From a virus (Duplodnaviria; Caudoviricetes): 60,228 bases of DNA. The DNA lies in the IMG/VR virus record IMGVR_UViG_3300017971_000310, positions 1 through 60,228 of that record; one strand, 5' to 3'. The notes beneath the pieces were generated by a model. The model searched no databases. It saw nothing but the letters and a program-made list of their open reading frames with translations, and was not told where the DNA came from. The translations under genes and the position numbers were made by a program. Of the stretch, positions 55,737 to 60,228 are shown piece after piece (the first letter of the stretch is position 1; every line of letters begins with the position of its first letter).

Positions 55737-56233
55737 AGATAATCCCTCAACCAGTGTACTAAGTCTTGAGCGGCCCAACCCCAATACAATCCTGCCCAAA
55801 ATAGTGGCTGCCAGAGCAACGCTGACTGTATAGTCTCTATCCCACCTAGCAACACTATCGGTAATCCTATAGCGTACAGTATACGAATTGGTGTGGCTAC
55901 CAGAAACATAACTAGCCATCCAAATGGGGGCGGTCCCCCATGAGACCATACACTTCTATGCTCGAACATAATCTCATAGGGGGACCAGTATGCCCGAAAC
56001 AGCTTACCTATGGTCTTGCCAAACATCCGGCTAATACGCCCTTCGCTAATGGTCTTCCACTCGTGGTCCAGGTCGGGATCAATGAAAAATCCACATATGG
56101 CTCCAGCCAGAACCCCCAACCCTAACAGGAATTGTCCGATAGCCATCACACCTAGAGCCAGGCCAGCGCACAAGGCTATTACAGCGAGAGCGTTACGCTG
56201 GTGTAGCTGTCCGTCCGTTACGACGTTCTTCAC
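55733..56233 (-). CDS. DUF2227-like putative metal-binding membrane protein
   Basis: G..H, DPDLD, YWSPY..MFEHRSVWSHG, H...D with TM helices. Confidence 0.75.
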   Translation of the reverse strand: MKNVVTDGQLHQRNALAVIALCAGLALGVMAIGQFLLGLGVLAGAICGFFIDPDLDHEWKTISEGRISRMFGKTIGKLFRAYWSPYEIMFEHRSVWSHGGPPPFGWLVMFLVATPIRILYAIGLPIVLLGGIETIQSALLWQPLFWAGLYWGWAAQDLVHWLRDYL

Positions 56234-56612
56234 GTAGTTCGTACTCCGGGCTAAGTCTAAATAGTGCTCTGCTTAGACTAATCTTACATCCCTTCTGATA
56301 ACAGAAATGGTCCTTGTGACTACAATCGGCATGGCCAGTGGCTACCACCTCTCCGTCAACGTCGTAAAGATAGCAAAAGCTGTATCCTCCCCTTTCGCTG
56401 GGAACCCAATCTGATTCACTACGTTGATAATGATGGGCTACCCCATGACGGCCACTATAGATATTTTCATATCCATCTGGACCAGCACAGGGAACACTAT
56501 ATTTTGGAAAGCGGAAGTGTTTCCATACCGGCCTGAGATCGAGCGAACAAACCAACTCTGCCCACCATGGAGGGGGCTGTTTTCCTTCCTCAACTTCTAC
56601 TGCGGGGTCCAT
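56193..56612 (-). CDS. hypothetical protein
   Basis: SD AGGAG; G.ADCSHKD.F...G..ISL.RA motif. Confidence 0.65.
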   Translation of the reverse strand: MDPAVEVEEGKQPPPWWAELVCSLDLRPVWKHFRFPKYSVPCAGPDGYENIYSGRHGVAHHYQRSESDWVPSERGGYSFCYLYDVDGEVVATGHADCSHKDHFCYQKGCKISLSRALFRLSPEYELREERRNGRTATPA

Positions 56613-56634
56613 ACTCTCCTCTCTTTATTTGATA

Positions 56635-56692
56635 TGGTGGGATACCCACCCGCCGGGGCGGGTGTGCTGTTATCTATGGCGGGTGGGTTCCC
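56635..56692 (-). ncRNA. 58-nt GC-rich hairpin ending in ACCA (acceptor-minihelix-like RNA or leader)
   Basis: GGGA-ACCCACCCGCC pairs with GGCGGGTGGGT-A-TCCC, then ACCA; first G is 7 nt downstream of a -10 box. Confidence 0.6.
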
Positions 56693-56698
56693 AGTTAT

Positions 56699-56726
56699 AG
56701 TATACCACGAAAAGTGGTCTTGTAAA
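56699..56726 (-). promoter_or_regulatory. sigma70-type promoter, phage consensus copy 4
   Basis: TTTACA-16 nt-TATACT with TG extension. Confidence 0.78.
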
Positions 56727-56915
56727 CTAAAATGGTACACATTCCGTGCACAATACAGCGCCGCGTGGGATTAACCTGCCACACTCAACGCATTTATCCC
56801 ATTCCTGGTTCAACGCCTCGCCACACCAGGGGCAATATCTGAACTGCGGGCCGTTCCATTTTGGTGCAGCCGCCTGATTAGCACAGAACCTCTGCTGTGC
56901 CACAAGCAGGGGCAT
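56727..56915 (-). CDS. zinc-ribbon protein
   Basis: CPWCG, CVECG, CTEC; start uncertain. Confidence 0.55.
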   Translation of the reverse strand: MPLLVAQQRFCANQAAAPKWNGPQFRYCPWCGEALNQEWDKCVECGRLIPRGAVLCTECVPF

Positions 56916-57073
56916 ATAGATCTCTCAATCCCTACATATACATTCATCCATCCTGCCCTCTGAATAGAATTGGGGCTATAATGGTGAAAATCACCACACC
57001 AGAAACCAATCCGAGCTTAAGCCCATCTAAGAAGTAAGCCCACATTATAGCCCCGCAAACTTCGTAGCTAGGC

Positions 57074-57247
57074 TCAGTGCCCGCTGCTCTTGTACTGGCG
57101 CACCTCGTTGAACAGATCCGACGTGATAGGATCAGGAGTAAACAGAGTAGCCTGAATGCCTGAGTTGTGTGACCGGGCGCTTTTCAGAGAAGCATGAGCC
57201 TCGTTGATAAAGCGTTTCCCTGTAGCAAAGTAGACCAATCCTCTCAT
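57074..57247 (-). pseudogene. truncated GT-A glycosyltransferase N-terminus
   Basis: MRGLVYFATGKRFINEAHASLKSARSHN resembles MASRGVVYVAVG..EAKKSIRTLRRHN of 12763..13362 but stops after 57 aa, before any DxD. Confidence 0.55.
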
Positions 57248-57792
57248 TTCCCAATCATCTCTAATATCTGCCCCATCTGCCAAGCAGTTTCTGCGTCCCT
57301 GGCGTCCCTGGCGGCGGCCCTGGCGGCCCTGGCTGCGGCCCAGGCGGCGTCCCTGGCGGCCCAGGCGGCGTCCCTGGCGGCGGCCCTGGCGGCCCAGGCT
57401 GCGGCCCAGGCGGCCCAGGCGGCGGCCCAGGCGGCGGCCCAGGCGGCGGCCAATTCCTCGTCCGATACCTCCCCCCGCAGCCAACCCCGCTTTGCCTCGA
57501 TCGCAGCCCGAGGGCGCGGATCATCACCACATAGATCCACCACCCGCTCCGCGAAATCGCACGCCAGCCCGTGCATCTCCACATCGGTCAGGAACTCGTT
57601 ATGAAATAGCGCCCACAGTGCATCCTCGTGCGAGATCTCAAGGTTGGCAATATCTCTTGCCGTTAGTACCTCTCGACCCGCAAACAACCTCTCAATCCTG
57701 GCCCGCGTGTAGTTCTGGTCGTTATCCTCTCCCCTCAGCCCACACGGCCCCCACGCCACTACTTGTTCTACAGTCACACCCTGATTGCTCAT
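57244..57792 (-). CDS. Ala/Trp/Arg-repeat phage protein
   Basis: LACDFAERV..DDPRPRAAIEAKRGWLRGE..EEL followed by (AAAW/AARD)n repeats. Confidence 0.75.
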   Translation of the reverse strand: MSNQGVTVEQVVAWGPCGLRGEDNDQNYTRARIERLFAGREVLTARDIANLEISHEDALWALFHNEFLTDVEMHGLACDFAERVVDLCGDDPRPRAAIEAKRGWLRGEVSDEELAAAWAAAWAAAWAAWAAAWAARAAARDAAWAARDAAWAAARAARAAARDARDAETAWQMGQILEMIGK

Positions 57793-57989
57793 GTCCTCTC
57801 CCTTAGTAGCTCCTGCCGTTCGTCCTCAAGCTCTTGTCGCTCAAGCAGCTTGCCCAGTCGCTGTGACACCGCCAGAAGGCCCCAACCAATCGCCTCTCCA
57901 ATCTTGAGCAAAGGTATTTCTTTTCGAGGTGCTGAGTGCCGTCCTTCTGCTTCCCATCCGTCCATAGACAATGCGACCTGTTCAACCAA
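57789..57989 (-). CDS. hypothetical protein
   Basis: 66-aa ORF coupled to the downstream gene; start uncertain. Confidence 0.45.
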   Translation of the reverse strand: MVEQVALSMDGWEAEGRHSAPRKEIPLLKIGEAIGWGLLAVSQRLGKLLERQELEDERQELLRERT

Positions 57990-58015
57990 CTCAATAAATG
58001 TCTCAGATATATTAT

Positions 58016-58956
58016 TTATACCTCTGCGAACTTAGTTGCTAGACTTAACGCCCGCTGCTTGATATTGGCCCCAGATCCGAACAGGGCGTTTTCAAGCTGG
58101 GGAGTCTTGGTCTCATACTGCCAGTCTACATATTGTGTGGCTGCGTTGAAAGCACTATACCATGTGTCCTTGATACCCGATATTTGGTTCCACTCATGGG
58201 CTAGCGCCTCCGCCACACCCTCACGGTGTTCTCTGGTACGTTTACCTGGATTATCTCCATAGTGCGGAAACAGCTCTTCCACATACTGGTTAAACAGTGG
58301 ATGGGTCAGTGGCTTATTGGCTAGAGCATTGAACAGCTTCTCAGTTTGACGGAACTGTTCATTCACCAATCCTAATAAGGCGGTAGCCTGCGACAAGCGG
58401 TCGTGGACATTCGTAGTGTGACGTAGGGTCACTTTGGCCCTATGTGTTCTCAGGGCCATATTCAAAGTGTTCTGGCAGACAACCCTTACCGCTGTCGTCA
58501 TTACCCGTAAGGCATAGCTACCATCGTGACTGTTGTTCAGAACCACATACTCTTCATAGGCATCATCTTTGATATAGAACTCCTGAGGTATTCTAGCTAC
58601 TACAAAAGTCCTTTCCCCATGCCCCAGTACACCAGCCGACGTATAGATTGCCTTGCCCTCCCCGACAACCTCATCGAAAAACGAGAAGGCGTCCCGGTTT
58701 TGTACCACTGTATACTCCCGGCCCACAAAGCCCAGCACATGGTCGGGATCGTCGCTTGGCAGATCGAGTCTAACAGTAGCATACTTGTTTACCCTAATCC
58801 CATCATCTAAGTACAGGGGAACCTTTTGACCTCATAGTCAAAGTCCATTTCCTGGACCAGATGTTCTGCTGTGAAATCCTCCCCTATAACTCTGCCCAAC
58901 CTATGCCAAGCAGCCTCAGAGCCCACATAATTATCCTTGTAAATCTCGTGAGACAT
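58016..58956 (-). pseudogene. DUF932 family protein with 1-nt frameshift
   Basis: MSHEI..AWHRLG from ATG 58956 (SD AAGGAG) stops early; one extra A at 58824-58827 joins it to YTVVQN..NSHDGS..RVVCQNTL..HT. Confidence 0.75.
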
Positions 58957-59051
58957 CTTACTCCTTTCTAGGTATAGTTTCTAAAACACACATCAAAACT
59001 ATTACTACAGCTACAGCCAGACACGCCCCTTGAAATAGCCATACTAGAACA

Positions 59052-59234
59052 CTAGCCATACTTTCTCCTCTCTCTAATCATTAGGTATAGCCCTATCAAC
59101 TCCAATAGAACAAACGGGGAACAACACATGGCAAAACATATATCGTTAGTATCTACGATATTGCAGACCTTGCCAATGCTTAACACAAATGGAAGGCTAA
59201 TTATCAGTAGGATTAGATATTTGAGCATTACCAC
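59052..59234 (-). CDS. small membrane protein
   Basis: Two hydrophobic segments and a basic tail. Confidence 0.5.
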   Translation of the reverse strand: MVMLKYLILLIISLPFVLSIGKVCNIVDTNDICFAMCCSPFVLLELIGLYLMIRERRKYG

Positions 59235-59608
59235 TCCTTTCTTTCATACTTGGATGTATACAGTACAGTAGGTATTCCAGCCTTCTTAGCCCGGTTCAAC
59301 ATATCCTTTGTGCCTCTGGACTGTTCTATGTTATCGTGAAACCCAATAACTATATCTGGTCTCCCTTCATCTAACATCTGTTGGTTTCTAATAACACCAG
59401 CAGCCTTCCCATATCTATTCCACTGGGCCGGGTATTTTCTAATCTTAAATCCCATACCCAACCCTATATGACCAGCTAGTCTATCTGCTCCACGACAACC
59501 CCCATGTATCAACGTGTCTTGATAAGGCAATCCCTCATATAACGCTAAGACAGTTTCTATGGGACCTATGGCCCTCCAGTTTCGATCACCACATACAAGT
59601 ATTCTCAT
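59228..59608 (-). CDS. YspA/DUF2493 SLOG-family protein
   Basis: MRILVCGDRNW, IHGGCRGAD, AQWNRYGKAAGVIRNQQML, SRGTKDM. Confidence 0.88.
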   Translation of the reverse strand: MRILVCGDRNWRAIGPIETVLALYEGLPYQDTLIHGGCRGADRLAGHIGLGMGFKIRKYPAQWNRYGKAAGVIRNQQMLDEGRPDIVIGFHDNIEQSRGTKDMLNRAKKAGIPTVLYTSKYERKEW

Positions 59609-59677
59609 ATATCCCCCTATTAATGTTTTGCCCTGGTTTTCTTAATATAGATTTCTTATACATGGTAGCCTTTAATA

Positions 59678-59749
59678 TGGGCCGCCCCGGATTTGAACCA
59701 GGAACTGTCGGGTTACAGCCGAGTATGATGCCGATTTCACCAGCGACCC
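59678..59749 (-). tRNA. tRNA-Tyr(GTA), short variable loop
   Basis: Acceptor GGGTCGC/GCGGCCC+A, loop CTGTAAC, T arm CCTGG-TTCAAAT-CCGGG. Confidence 0.8.
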
Positions 59750-59754
59750 AGGAG

Positions 59755-59827
59755 TGGATCCGGCAGGGCTCGAACCTGCGACTGACCGTTTATGAGACGG
59801 CTACTCTAACCACTGAGTTACGGATCC
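59755..59827 (-). tRNA. tRNA(CAT), Ile2 or elongator Met
   Basis: Acceptor GGATCCG/CGGATCC+A, loop CTCATAA, T arm GCAGG-TTCGAGC-CCTGC. Confidence 0.9.
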
Positions 59828-59829
59828 AG

Positions 59830-59903
59830 CACTCCCGATGCGATTTGAACGCATAACCCCTGGATTAGAAGTCCAGCGCTCTATCCAATTGAGCTACGGG
59901 AGC
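59830..59903 (-). tRNA. tRNA-Arg(TCT)
   Basis: Acceptor GCTCCCG/CGGGAGT+G, loop CTTCTAA, T arm ATGCG-TTCAAAT-CGCAT. Confidence 0.9.
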
Positions 59904-59908
59904 GTATA

Positions 59909-59979
59909 CGGGCCGGGGAGGACTCGACCCTCCAGCACTGGTTTTGGAGACCAGCCGCTTACCATTAACGAACCGACCC
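59909..59979 (-). tRNA. tRNA-Trp(CCA)
   Basis: Acceptor GGGTCGG/CCGGCCC+G, loop CTCCAAA, T loop GTCGAGT (G in place of T54). Confidence 0.8.
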
Positions 59980-59981
59980 CA

Positions 59982-60052
59982 AGCCCCTATCTGGATTCGA
60001 ACCAGAACCGGGGCAGTACAAATGCCCTGCCCTACCATTAGGCTATAGGGGC
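59982..60052 (-). tRNA. tRNA-Thr(TGT)
   Basis: Acceptor GCCCCTA/TAGGGGC+T, loop TTTGTAC, T arm TCTGG-TTCGAAT-CCAGA. Confidence 0.85.
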
Positions 60053-60223
60053 GGTTACAGATTTTACATATAGAATAACATTGGACCTAGTTACACCGGC
60101 TTTATACTCTGCGGCCTCTAGCTCTTCTGCTGTGCCCCTCTCAAGCACCCATCCTAAATTATCCCGGGCCTCTAGAGCACGGTCTAACAGCTTCACAAAT
60201 TCTGCATACTGTTCGTCTGTCAT
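60038..60223 (-). CDS. hypothetical protein
   Basis: 61-aa ORF whose last 15 nt overlap the 5' end of tRNA-Thr. Confidence 0.5.
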   Translation of the reverse strand: MTDEQYAEFVKLLDRALEARDNLGWVLERGTAEELEAAEYKAGVTRSNVILYVKSVTAPIA

Positions 60224-60228
60224 TTCTC

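Noticed and set aside
57290-57450. Repeat region as a DGR variable/template repeat, or the PPG-rich and GRR-rich alternative-frame ORFs as real genes
   Set aside because: No reverse transcriptase and no adenine-specific paired repeat; the alternative frames are shadows of the Ala/Trp repeat gene.
59623-60041. Plus-strand ORFs 59623..59856 and 59838..60041
   Set aside because: They are antisense to the tRNA array.
1-60228. Stop-codon reassignment
   Set aside because: Core genes are full length in the standard code, all three stops are used, and no suppressor anticodon was found.

Overview
This window is most of the genome of a tailed dsDNA phage with siphovirus-type gene order. No terminase, integrase or CRISPR array is visible. 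The left arm (+ strand, to 37580) carries a GC-richer carbohydrate-active module, a portal-MuF-metallopeptidase fusion, prohead protease and HK97 capsid. An ~8.5 kb glycosyl/sulfo/methyl-transferase cluster sits between the capsid and head-tail connector genes. It is followed by a neck gene with an intein, tail genes with a -1 frameshift chaperone, tape measure, a collagen-like fibre and lysis-region genes. The right arm (- strand) carries RusA, a PD-(D/E)XK nuclease, beta clamp, family A polymerase, DnaB, primase, a DNA methyltransferase, a frameshifted DUF932 gene and five tRNAs. The standout region is 40312-45606. There, a promoter- and terminator-bounded operon encodes four tRNA-mimic RNAs that share one bulged-helix motif in two different topologies. 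It lies next to a TROVE/Ro60-like vWA protein, a ThiF/E1 enzyme, a possible E2-like protein, an HNH nuclease and a small Gly-terminated ubiquitin-like candidate. All calls come from reading motifs and base-pairing by eye; no database search was run.
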